IMG/VR virus record: IMGVR_UViG_3300035670_000803
Location: 1-33,487 of that record
Length of the DNA: 33,487 bases
From: a virus
Lineage: Duplodnaviria > Caudoviricetes
Direction: 5' to 3' (one strand)
The notes under the pieces were generated by a model. The model did no database searches and was not told the origin of the DNA. It saw only the letters and a program-made list of their open reading frames with translations. The position numbers and the translations under genes are program-made. Shown piece after piece: positions 8,271 to 16,664 of this stretch (position 1 is the stretch's first letter; each line of letters opens with the position of its first letter).

Positions 8271-8963
8271 ATGAAAACAAGAATCATTCAAACCAGATTC
8301 TGGGATGATGAATTTGTGTTTAATGCATCCAAAGATGCAAAATTACTTTACATATACCTTTTAACTTCACAATACATTAATATCTGTGGCATTTTTCAAC
8401 TTGATGAGAGAAAGATAGCCTTTGAAACAGGACTTACTCCTAAAGAGTTTGAGAAAGCTAAACAAGAAATAGAAACTGCTAAAAAGGTTTTCTTCTATAA
8501 GGGGTGGGTTAAGGTCTGCAATGCAGAAAAGAATAATGGTTATAAAAACTCACCATTAAATGAAGTTGCTTATGACAGGGAGATTTCATTGATTCCTCAA
8601 GGTGTTTTAGATTATTTTAATAGTAGTATGGATACTAGTATAGATAGTAGTATGGATACTAACCATAAATCAGAAATAATAAATAATAAATATAAAATAA
8701 TAAATAAAACAAAAAAGGAATTTTCAGAATTTGATGATTTAACAGAGGATATATGTATGGAAATAGCAAATCAATATTCAGTTTCATTTGAGGATGTTTT
8801 AGATACAAAGCAGGATATAGAACTGTGGATGGGTAAGGCATCTAAAAATAGATACAGCAATTACAAGTTAGCATTACAAACTTGGGTTAGAAATAACAAA
8901 AAGAGTAATAAGTTCCAAACTACAAGCAGAAAGGGAGGTTATGCAGAAATCACAGACTACTGA
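8271..8963 (+). CDS. Replication initiator (N-terminal wHTH, DnaD/O-like architecture)
   Basis: 'R.I.T.FW.D......S...KLLYIYLLT.......GIF......IAFETGL' N-terminus, internal iteron-like repeats, C-terminal 'NYKLALQTWVRN'. Confidence 0.75.
   Translation: MKTRIIQTRFWDDEFVFNASKDAKLLYIYLLTSQYINICGIFQLDERKIAFETGLTPKEFEKAKQEIETAKKVFFYKGWVKVCNAEKNNGYKNSPLNEVAYDREISLIPQGVLDYFNSSMDTSIDSSMDTNHKSEIINNKYKIINKTKKEFSEFDDLTEDICMEIANQYSVSFEDVLDTKQDIELWMGKASKNRYSNYKLALQTWVRNNKKSNKFQTTSRKGGYAEITDY
8620..8720. repeat. Putative replication origin: direct repeats followed by an A-rich tract
   Basis: atagtagtatggatacta at 8620-8637 and 8644-8661 (12-bp sub-period), then a very A-rich run to about 8720. Confidence 0.65.
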
Positions 8964-9597
8964 TGAAGTAACAAACTACAAATGGGAAATCAAAGTAGGT
9001 GATGAGAAGTTTGAGTTATCAGAAAAAGGTTATCAACAACTCATGGAGAAAGAAAAGGAGGGGGTAAGGTTAGTTAAAATTGGAGATAAAGTTATAAACC
9101 CAGCATTCATTCAAAGTGCCAAAAAGATTTACAGAGAAGAACCTAAATTTGCATCAGACTTTCTTGACTGGGCAACTATGGGGGAAAACCCTATTCCAGA
9201 ACCAAAAGCTATAGCAAATAGACAGAAAATCATGGAAGAAACTAGAAAGATGATTAAGGAAAAGAACAAAGATTGGAAACCAGTCTATAAAGACCCAGTA
9301 CATAGAGAAGCAGTAGCAGATGTCTGGCTACATCTAAAATCAGTTTTAAGCACTCTAGAGTTCCCTATAAAAGATGATTCTTGGAAATCTGACCCTAGTA
9401 TCACTAAACATTCAGAGGGCAGGGAAAGTCATTCTGTGGAGTATAAAACCAAGATTATTGATTTAGGTGATAAATATGATGATAAGTTCTGGGCAGAGGC
9501 AAATTATATTTACTGTCCTGTGTGTAAAAAAGAATTAAGAAAACAAATTGTCATGTTTAATGAGTATGAAGCAGATGTAGTAGTAAGAAATTTATAG
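8941..9597 (+). CDS. Hypothetical protein next to the replication initiator
   Basis: SD gggagg, 218 aa, CPVC near the C-terminus. Confidence 0.7.
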   Translation: MQKSQTTDEVTNYKWEIKVGDEKFELSEKGYQQLMEKEKEGVRLVKIGDKVINPAFIQSAKKIYREEPKFASDFLDWATMGENPIPEPKAIANRQKIMEETRKMIKEKNKDWKPVYKDPVHREAVADVWLHLKSVLSTLEFPIKDDSWKSDPSITKHSEGRESHSVEYKTKIIDLGDKYDDKFWAEANYIYCPVCKKELRKQIVMFNEYEADVVVRNL

Positions 9598-9607
9598 AAA
9601 GATTAAT

Positions 9608-9814
9608 ATGAACAAACAAGAAGTATTAACCCTAGTAGATAAAAAAGTTAGAGAGGTAGCTCAAGTTTTCTCCCAAAACTCAACAGCACTTGCTAGAGAA
9701 TTTACCTTAAAGATAGCAATAGGAGAGATAGAGGAAGCAATAGAGAAACTTCTTAAAAAGGAAGAAGTAGAGAATGATAACAAATCCAAACCAAAGGGAA
9801 ACAAAAACTTATGA
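9608..9814 (+). CDS. Hypothetical protein
   Basis: Fills the gap in the operon; helical, 68 aa. Confidence 0.6.
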   Translation: MNKQEVLTLVDKKVREVAQVFSQNSTALAREFTLKIAIGEIEEAIEKLLKKEEVENDNKSKPKGNKNL

Positions 9815-10280
9815 GAAATCTTTTCAAGAAAGAAAGCAGGTTGGAGATGCAGGAGAGAGATGCTTTGAGAAATATCTTGAGTCAAAATATAATCAGAGTC
9901 AAATTACCAACAGGCAGAAAGAAAACATGGTTGATTTCAAGTTGCCAGACTTTATGGTTACAACTAAAAAAGGTAATTATGAGTTTGAAGTTAAAACAAC
10001 CAACAAGATTAAGGTAAGAGATTTTAATTACCAGCTACAATATGCCCTAGATAAAAACCTAGTCCTGTACTATGTTTATGTCAAAATCCTCAATTCACAC
10101 AAATTCATGTTTAGAGCAATAGAAATTAGAAATATTTTAGATTATAGAGTGCTGTATGGGCAGGGAGTCTATCCAGACCCACCACCCAAAGCATTTTTTA
10201 CTGTAAATTGGAATTTATTTCTTGGACAGGACTATGAGAAGAAATGGGTTGAGTTTGAATCTCCTTACCCAATCTCTTAA
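9774..10280 (+). CDS. PD-(D/E)XK restriction-endonuclease-like protein
   Basis: G..GE helix, then LPDF and FEVKT catalytic motifs. Confidence 0.7.
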   Translation: MITNPNQRETKTYEKSFQERKQVGDAGERCFEKYLESKYNQSQITNRQKENMVDFKLPDFMVTTKKGNYEFEVKTTNKIKVRDFNYQLQYALDKNLVLYYVYVKILNSHKFMFRAIEIRNILDYRVLYGQGVYPDPPPKAFFTVNWNLFLGQDYEKKWVEFESPYPIS

Positions 10281-10416
10281 CAATAGTGTGTAATGTTTTG
10301 ATATTCAAGTTGTACTTAAATGACAACTTTGACCAAGACAGACCTTGCAGTCTGTCTTGATAAATCTCATTGTTTCTATCTACTTTTTCATTGTATCTTG
10401 GTTTATTACTTGCCAT
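10198..10416 (-). CDS. Mor/C-like HTH DNA-binding protein
   Basis: 'RNNEIY....QGLSWSKLSFKYNLNIKTLHTIVKR' resembles the Mor/C HTH pattern. Confidence 0.6.
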   Translation of the reverse strand: MASNKPRYNEKVDRNNEIYQDRLQGLSWSKLSFKYNLNIKTLHTIVKRLGKEIQTQPISSHSPVQEINSNLQ

Positions 10417-10577
10417 TCTTCTATTTCTTTCACTAAATTATCTGTTTCTATTCCAAAAGGCAGGATTGTTTCAAGCACAAAGGGTATGTCAGAAGAATGC
10501 ATTTTTGGCAATTCTTCTAAAGCTACATCTAACAATTGTATCTCAAAAAGGTAGTTCCAAAATTCTTGTAATGACAT
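10380..10577 (-). CDS. Hypothetical protein
   Basis: Part of a tightly packed leftward operon. Confidence 0.55.
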   Translation of the reverse strand: MSLQEFWNYLFEIQLLDVALEELPKMHSSDIPFVLETILPFGIETDNLVKEIEEWQVINQDTMKK

Positions 10578-10849
10578 TATTTAATCACTTTCAAACTAAT
10601 TACTGCTGTATAACCCCATTCACCAGCAAACTGTGTCTTGTTAAGAGTAAGAATCAAAGAACCTTTGAATGCTCTATTAATCTTAACTAGGTGTCTGTTT
10701 AAGTATTTATAACCCTCAAGATTTACAGGTAACTTCACAACAATTACTTCAGAGTAATTCCAGTTAGTTAATTCATGAAATCTTTTTCTTAACTTACCCA
10801 AGAAAGAGGTTTTGTTTTTATACTTTAATTTATTTTTTACTGTTTTCAT
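10577..10849 (-). CDS. Hypothetical basic protein
   Basis: TAATG overlap with the downstream gene. Confidence 0.6.
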   Translation of the reverse strand: MKTVKNKLKYKNKTSFLGKLRKRFHELTNWNYSEVIVVKLPVNLEGYKYLNRHLVKINRAFKGSLILTLNKTQFAGEWGYTAVISLKVIK

Positions 10850-10898
10850 TTTGTGGGCAGACCTAAAATTATCTACTAGTGGCAGGTCTGTTCTTTCT

Positions 10899-11192
10899 TT
10901 ATTTAACTTCTAACTTGAACTGTCTGAAAAACTTTTCAGAATGTTCTTTATCATCATCCAAATCAACTGCTTTACAGAAATTGATGTAGTTTTGGGTTCT
11001 CCTTGCCATTCTAAAATGTGCATCTGCAAACTTAATTAATAACCAAGTAATTGGTGAAAAAATTAAAAATGCAAGAAATAAACTTCCATCTGATTGAAAT
11101 AAACTTCCAAACAGAAAGAAAACAGAACCTAAAGCATAAACACCTGCATAAAAGTAAGTGAATACACCTGCTATTTTCATGTAAGTTACCAT
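10899..11192 (-). CDS. Two-TM membrane protein
   Basis: SD aaggag upstream; two hydrophobic helices. Confidence 0.7.
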   Translation of the reverse strand: MVTYMKIAGVFTYFYAGVYALGSVFFLFGSLFQSDGSLFLAFLIFSPITWLLIKFADAHFRMARRTQNYINFCKAVDLDDDKEHSEKFFRQFKLEVK

Positions 11193-11210
11193 TGTTTTAA
11201 CTCCTTTCTT

Positions 11211-11375
11211 TTAACTAAAAATACTCATAATAAAACTAAATAATATGTCTGCTAAATCATAAGGATTTAATCCTACAAACCACCAGTACCCCTCTGGTTG
11301 AAACCATCCAGCAACAATAAATATAATGAAGAGGATTCCTCCAACATTACCTAACAATTCTTTCCAGTTTTTCAT
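11211..11375 (-). CDS. 54-aa membrane protein (not in ORF track)
   Basis: MKNWKELLGNVGGILFIIFIVAGWFQPEGYWWFVGLNPYDLADILFSFIMSIFS; starts directly after the upstream stop. Confidence 0.65.
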   Translation of the reverse strand: MKNWKELLGNVGGILFIIFIVAGWFQPEGYWWFVGLNPYDLADILFSFIMSIFS

Positions 11376-11576
11376 TTATAATGTTGTCCTTTCTGCTACA
11401 ACTTCTAACTCAAAACCCATCATCTTTAGAGTTTCAATATCCCATTCTGTAAGAGTAATTCTTCCAGTTAATCTTGAGATTAGATTTGCTACTTTAGAAT
11501 CTTTAATGTAAATGTTTTCTTTACCATAAACATTCTTAATAAATACTTGAATTTTGTTGTTCTCTATTTTGAACAT
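11376..11576 (-). CDS. Hypothetical protein, first gene of the early leftward operon
   Basis: SD gaaagg and a promoter upstream; 'KNVYG.E.IY.......L..LTG..TLT...I..LK.MG' small phage protein pattern. Confidence 0.7.
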   Translation of the reverse strand: MFKIENNKIQVFIKNVYGKENIYIKDSKVANLISRLTGRITLTEWDIETLKMMGFELEVVAERTTL

Positions 11577-11615
11577 ACTTGTTTGAACCTTTCTTATCAG
11601 TTAATTACTTCTATT

Positions 11616-11644
11616 ATTATCTACCATTGGCAGATATATGTCAA
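11616..11644 (-). promoter_or_regulatory. Early leftward sigma70-type promoter overlapped by a palindromic operator
   Basis: Minus-strand TTGACA-N17-GATAAT; near-perfect palindrome TATCTACCATTGGCAGATA at 11618-11636. Confidence 0.7.
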
Positions 11645-11679
11645 TAGGGATATTGGTAGAAGTTTTGTATAATACAAAT

Positions 11680-12090
11680 ATGGAAGAAACAAAGCCTAAA
11701 AAGAAAACTCCACAGAAGAAGATTGATGATATTGCCAAGAAGAAACAAGAGTTTATGGTGTATTACAGACAGTTACCTATTATGAAACTTGCAGGAGGTA
11801 AGATAGGTGTTCATTACACAACTGTGTATAGGTGGGTAGAAGAAGATTCTATATTTGCAATGCAGCTAGAACAGCTTAAATATGAGTTTGCAATGGAGAA
11901 CTTACCTCAAATTAAGAACAGAGAATGGGTTTTAGAAAGAATATTAAGAGAACACTTCACACCTAGAACTGAAATTACAGGTAAAGATGGTAAAGACCTA
12001 CTGCCTACACCTATAATGGGAGGGAAATCAAAGAATGTATCAGGAAACAACAACATTTCAGAAGATAGCAAACCTCAAGAAGAGAATTAG
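11680..12090 (+). CDS. terS: Terminase small subunit
   Basis: HTH region (TVYRW), 'EWVLER', 'EITGKDGKDL' tail, directly upstream of TerL. TATAAT at 11668 lies 12 nt before ATG 11680, suggesting a leaderless start. Confidence 0.75.
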   Translation: MEETKPKKKTPQKKIDDIAKKKQEFMVYYRQLPIMKLAGGKIGVHYTTVYRWVEEDSIFAMQLEQLKYEFAMENLPQIKNREWVLERILREHFTPRTEITGKDGKDLLPTPIMGGKSKNVSGNNNISEDSKPQEEN

Positions 12091-13204
12091 AATTGTTCAA
12101 GGTGGTTCATCTGCTGGTAAAACAATAGCTCTGCTTCTTTATCTAATAGACTATGCACAATCACATAAGGGAAAGACTATCTCTGTTGTATCTGCAACTC
12201 TGCCTCATTTGAAAAGAGGTGCTATCAAAGACTTCCTAAACATAATGCAGACTCACAACTACTATGATGATGATAAATGGAATAAGACTAACTTTACCTA
12301 TTCATTTGAAACAGGCTCTACTATGGAGTTCTTCTCTGCTGACCAACCAAGCAAGGTAAGAGGGCCAAGAAGAGATGTTTTGTTTATCAATGAATGTAAT
12401 AACTTACCCTTTGAAACCTACACACAACTATCAATTAGAACTAATGACTTTATATTCCTAGACTACAATCCAGTAAGTAGCTTCTGGGTGCATGAGGAGA
12501 TAGTTCCCAAGTTTGAGCATGACTTTGTCATTGTTACCTATAAAGATAATGAAGCCTTACCAGACACAATAGTTAAAGAGTTAGAGTCAAGAAGAGCAAA
12601 CAAAGCATTCTGGACTGTGTATGGTGAGGGAAAGATAGGAGAAGCAGAACATAGAATCTATAAGGGATGGTTAATGGTTGATGACATACCTCATGAGGCA
12701 AGACTTGTTAGATATGGACTAGACTTTGGTTATACTAATGACCCTACAGCTCTTGTTGCCATCTATTACTACAATGGAGGTTACATACTAGATGAGATTG
12801 TTTATCAAAAGGGATTATCCAATAAAGACATTGCAGATATTCTTAATGTAAATCCTAAAGCAACTGTTATTGCTGATAGTGCTGAACCTAAATCTATAGA
12901 TGAGATTAAATCTTATGGAGTAATAGTGCTTCCTGCAACCAAAGGACAGGGTTCTATTAATCAAGGAATACAGTATATCCAAGAGCAAAGAATTTCTGTT
13001 ACTAAAAGAAGCACTAATCTCTGGAAAGAGTATAGCAACTATCTATGGATGACAGATAAAGATGGAAAGATACTTAATGTTCCTCAAGACTTCTTGAACC
13101 ATTGCATGGATTCTTTAAGGTATGGATTTGATAAGATAAACCCAGACAACCAAGTTCCAAAGTTTATTCCCCAGAATAATTTTCAACAATGGACAATTCA
13201 ATAA
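12035..13204 (+). CDS. terL: Terminase large subunit (PBSX-like)
   Basis: Walker A QGGSSAGKT, Walker B LFINE, DYNP, nuclease motifs GLDFGYTNDPTA, ADSAEPK and NHCMDSLRY. Confidence 0.95.
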   Translation: MYQETTTFQKIANLKKRIRIVQGGSSAGKTIALLLYLIDYAQSHKGKTISVVSATLPHLKRGAIKDFLNIMQTHNYYDDDKWNKTNFTYSFETGSTMEFFSADQPSKVRGPRRDVLFINECNNLPFETYTQLSIRTNDFIFLDYNPVSSFWVHEEIVPKFEHDFVIVTYKDNEALPDTIVKELESRRANKAFWTVYGEGKIGEAEHRIYKGWLMVDDIPHEARLVRYGLDFGYTNDPTALVAIYYYNGGYILDEIVYQKGLSNKDIADILNVNPKATVIADSAEPKSIDEIKSYGVIVLPATKGQGSINQGIQYIQEQRISVTKRSTNLWKEYSNYLWMTDKDGKILNVPQDFLNHCMDSLRYGFDKINPDNQVPKFIPQNNFQQWTIQ

Positions 13205-13219
13205 TTCTTTTATATTTCT
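13190..13219 (+). promoter_or_regulatory. Putative late promoter TGGACA-N17-TATTTCT
   Basis: Same motif geometry; ATG at 13229. Confidence 0.55.
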
Positions 13220-13228
13220 ATATTAAAT

Positions 13229-15250
13229 ATGGCAAAGAAATCTAAAAACAAAGCAGACAATTTTCAAAACCCTGAATTATTAGCAGAATTGATGTATCAC
13301 TACACCTATTCCCAAGATGATATGGACAAAAGAAAGTTAAGAAAGAATGGTTGGGATGATATACAAAAGGCATACTTTGGTTATTTACCAGCTAACTGGC
13401 CATATTTAGCTAAAGTTACTGACCCTGTTATTAGAACTGCAATACTTGAAAAGACTGCAAGACTCTTTGCTGGAAAGTTAAGAGGAACTGTTGTTCCAAG
13501 AGAGGGTGCAGATGCAATAAGTGCCAAGATAATGAATGCTATCCTAGACTTCCAATGGGATTATGCAACTGTTGGTGGCTCAATGCTTGAGAAAGTAATT
13601 TTAATGGACATCCAAACAAGATTATTTGGAGCATCATTTGGACTTTGCTACTGGGATATTAAAAAAGATAAAGCAGGTAATGATATTGAAACTAATGAGT
13701 TCAAGGTTTTAGATAATAGAGATGTGTTTGTTGATTACCAAGCAAACCATGTTAAAAATGCTAACTGGGTTCAAGTAAGAGAATGGCTAACATTCCAAGA
13801 ACTACAATCCAAAAATGATGGTGGAGAACCAATTTATAAAAATTTAGATGTTATTAAATCAAGACTACTTGATAATCAAAGACCTGCTCCTGAAAGAAGA
13901 GATAACAAATATACATCCCTTATAAAACAATTAAGAAGCCTAGAAGATAGAGTAGGACAAGACATTTATTACCCAACTATTGAGGTTGTTACTGAATATA
14001 GGTCTGATAGATGGATTACATTTGCTCCAAGACTAGGAGTTATCTTAAGAGATATTGAAAACCCATACAAAACAAATGAAATCCCTGTTGTAATGTTGAG
14101 ATATTACCCAGTAGGTGATGATGTATATGGTGAGTCTGAAGTAGAATCAGTTTTACCTCTTTACAGAGCATTAAACTCAATCCTATGTGGTTTCCTAGAC
14201 CAAATAAACTTGGCAATGAGGCCTCCAATTAAGGTAGCTAACAATTCAGAGGGGGTAAGACTAGATACTTTAGTTTATGGCCCAAATGCTATATGGCTAA
14301 CTGGTAACTCAACTGCAAATGTAATTGAACACCAGTCTGGTAGTCAAAGCATTTCATCTTTCCAAACTTCTTACACATCTCTTAAGAATGCTATTCAAAC
14401 AGCACTTGGTGAGCAATCATTAGGATTACCTCCTATTGGCCCATTTGCACAAGATAAGACTGCTACAGAGATTAGAACAACACAAAGACAAACACTAGCT
14501 AGAGATAACTATAATCAGATTTACCTAGAAGAGTTCTTAAAAGACATGGTAATGAAATGGATTTCAAACAACCAACAATTCTTATTTGCTGACCCTACAA
14601 AACAAGCAGAAATTATTAGAATTGTAGGTAAAGAAACTATAAATGACCTAGAAGATTTAGGACTATCTAATGAATCAATCCCTGCAGATGTAATGAATGC
14701 AACAGCAGACCTTATTGATGAATCTGGAGGACAATTAACTCCTGAAGAAATTGAGGTTATAGCAAACACTTCAAAGACACCACAATACCCAGTTGAGGTA
14801 GGTGGAACTATCAGACCTAAACTTGAAAAAGATGAGATGGGTAACTTTGCAAATCTTTACATCACAGAAGATGATATGCATGGACTATTTGATTACATTC
14901 CAGATGTTAAATCAATGGCTGTTGGTGTATCTGATGAACAAATAAGAGGAAGAAATCAAGCTTTAACACTACTTTTGAACCCAGCTATTGAGGGCAAACT
15001 TACTCAAGCAGGTGAAAATGTAAATATAGTAGAATTAGTAAAGCAAATACTTTATGACAATGGTGTAAAAAACCCAGATAAATTATTTGAACAAAAGGAA
15101 AAACAAAATGAACCACAAATTGGATTACCTAACCCAGCAGGAACAGGAATTGTTCCACCAAGCACAAGCCCTATTGGACTTGAAGCAAACACAGGGATGG
15201 CAAATGCTCCAGAACTATCTAATCAACTTACCCAAGTTCCCCAACCCTAG
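13229..15250 (+). CDS. Portal protein (P22-like)
   Basis: 673 aa directly after TerL; 'YG.S.VE....L...LN' and 'KTATEI' motifs typical of podovirus portals. Confidence 0.85.
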   Translation: MAKKSKNKADNFQNPELLAELMYHYTYSQDDMDKRKLRKNGWDDIQKAYFGYLPANWPYLAKVTDPVIRTAILEKTARLFAGKLRGTVVPREGADAISAKIMNAILDFQWDYATVGGSMLEKVILMDIQTRLFGASFGLCYWDIKKDKAGNDIETNEFKVLDNRDVFVDYQANHVKNANWVQVREWLTFQELQSKNDGGEPIYKNLDVIKSRLLDNQRPAPERRDNKYTSLIKQLRSLEDRVGQDIYYPTIEVVTEYRSDRWITFAPRLGVILRDIENPYKTNEIPVVMLRYYPVGDDVYGESEVESVLPLYRALNSILCGFLDQINLAMRPPIKVANNSEGVRLDTLVYGPNAIWLTGNSTANVIEHQSGSQSISSFQTSYTSLKNAIQTALGEQSLGLPPIGPFAQDKTATEIRTTQRQTLARDNYNQIYLEEFLKDMVMKWISNNQQFLFADPTKQAEIIRIVGKETINDLEDLGLSNESIPADVMNATADLIDESGGQLTPEEIEVIANTSKTPQYPVEVGGTIRPKLEKDEMGNFANLYITEDDMHGLFDYIPDVKSMAVGVSDEQIRGRNQALTLLLNPAIEGKLTQAGENVNIVELVKQILYDNGVKNPDKLFEQKEKQNEPQIGLPNPAGTGIVPPSTSPIGLEANTGMANAPELSNQLTQVPQP

Positions 15251-15404
15251 TGATTACAAATCAAATGAGGAGTTGATGCTTTCTTATACAAAAGCCTATG
15301 GAATGGCAGAGGCAGTAAGGTTAATAAATCAGTTCATGTCCCAGCAAGAAGAAATACTTGCTAACCTGATAACAAGAAATGAAACCAATAGAGAATCAGA
15401 ATGA
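15108..15404 (+). CDS. Hypothetical protein overlapping the portal 3' end
   Basis: SD aagga before ATG 15108; 'L..L.QT.GW..L' pattern common in the small gene after portals. Confidence 0.6.
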   Translation: MNHKLDYLTQQEQELFHQAQALLDLKQTQGWQMLQNYLINLPKFPNPSDYKSNEELMLSYTKAYGMAEAVRLINQFMSQQEEILANLITRNETNRESE

Positions 15405-15645
15405 TTCAAAAGAAATTAAAGAGTTCTATCAACACAGCAATTCCCAAGATGTTAATAACTGTGAGCATTTTTTTATCAGACTTTCTCCTACCAGAGTCCA
15501 ATGCAAGAAATGTAATCTTGGTTTCTTTGACAATCCTTTTGACCCATTTCCTGTTGATGAGATTAATAGAAAAACTATCAATGAAAGAGCAAGTATTAAT
15601 TACCATAAAAGAAAACATAAAAAGGATGTTGAAAAAACAGTTTAG
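15379..15645 (+). CDS. Small putative Zn-binding protein
   Basis: CEH.F.......CKKC..GF motif. Confidence 0.55.
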   Translation: MKPIENQNDSKEIKEFYQHSNSQDVNNCEHFFIRLSPTRVQCKKCNLGFFDNPFDPFPVDEINRKTINERASINYHKRKHKKDVEKTV

Positions 15646-15658
15646 TTATTTTATTCAT
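15629..15658 (+). promoter_or_regulatory. Putative late, leaderless promoter TTGAAA-N17-TATTCAT
   Basis: ATG 15664 lies 35 nt after the start of TTGAAA. Confidence 0.6.
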
Positions 15659-15663
15659 TGACT

Positions 15664-16620
15664 ATGGCAAAACTCTCTAAATCTGAAAAGCAATATCAAA
15701 AAGATGTAAAAAAGGCTATTGAAAGCTCATATAAATCAGGTATTGAATATCTTGGTGGTCAGGAGCAAAGATTACAATCATTCCAACCACAAATTGAAGA
15801 ACAGATTAGAACTACTTATGAAGCTCAAGTACCTCAAATACAAGAGCAATTAAAACAGCAAACTACTGGTATTAGAGGACAACAAGAAGAAACTAGAGCC
15901 CAAAGAGAATCTGCACTTGCTCAAGCAAGGAGGCAATATCAAGAGGGAACTCAAAGAACACAAGCATTATTTGGTGGTGTTGCTGGTTCATCTGCTGGTC
16001 AGGCTCAATCAGAGTTACTTGCTAGAGAACAAACAAGACAAATGGGAGCAACCCAAAGACAAGCACAACAAAACATTTTAGGACTTGAACAAAACTTACA
16101 AAATGTACAAGCTCAAACAGCTCAAGCATTAAGACAAGTTGAGCAAGATAAGCAATCTGCAGTTCTTAAAGCAAGAGATGCTTTCAGACAACAACTTGAT
16201 ACTATTAATTCACAAAGATTTCAGTTAGCTCAAGATAAAGCTAATAAGCAACTCCAAGCATTACAAGATTTTAATAATAGAAGAAGACAGCTAGAAGATT
16301 ATTACAGACAGCAACAAGACTCTATTGCTAATTACAGAACCCAACAACAAATTGGTCTTGAAACTTATGGACAGCAATTACAATTAGCACAAAGATATAC
16401 ACCTCAACCAGTAACTTCAGGAATTTCTAACCTTGCAGGTCTGTCATTACAAGCATTGCAATATGCTAACCCAACACAAGCACAGGCACTAGCTAAACAA
16501 ATTGCATCATCTCCTGCATCTGTACAGCAGAGTTATGGAGCAACTGTTTCACCAGATGGTTCAAAACTTATCTATACTGATGCTATAACAAAACAGTATG
16601 GTGAAATTCCAATCAAGTAA
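15664..16620 (+). CDS. Gln-rich coiled-coil internal virion / DNA ejection protein
   Basis: Very Q/A-rich helical sequence with 'GSSAG' motif, upstream of the large ejection protein. Confidence 0.6.
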   Translation: MAKLSKSEKQYQKDVKKAIESSYKSGIEYLGGQEQRLQSFQPQIEEQIRTTYEAQVPQIQEQLKQQTTGIRGQQEETRAQRESALAQARRQYQEGTQRTQALFGGVAGSSAGQAQSELLAREQTRQMGATQRQAQQNILGLEQNLQNVQAQTAQALRQVEQDKQSAVLKARDAFRQQLDTINSQRFQLAQDKANKQLQALQDFNNRRRQLEDYYRQQQDSIANYRTQQQIGLETYGQQLQLAQRYTPQPVTSGISNLAGLSLQALQYANPTQAQALAKQIASSPASVQQSYGATVSPDGSKLIYTDAITKQYGEIPIK

Positions 16621-16629
16621 TCTTTAATC

Positions 16630-16659
16630 TTTACTAATTACTCATAAAATTATATTTCT
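16630..16659 (+). promoter_or_regulatory. Putative late, leaderless promoter TTTACT-N17-TATTTCT
   Basis: TATTTCT 16653-16659, ATG at 16665. Confidence 0.55.
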
Positions 16660-16664
16660 TTTGT

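Noticed and set aside
8620-8661. Repeats as a mini-CRISPR array
   Set aside because: Only 12/24-bp tandem periodicity with no unique spacers, and in frame within a gene.
10345-11511. Plus-strand ORFs 10345, 10370 and 11326
   Set aside because: They lie opposite a coherent, tightly coupled minus-strand operon that has SD sites and a promoter.
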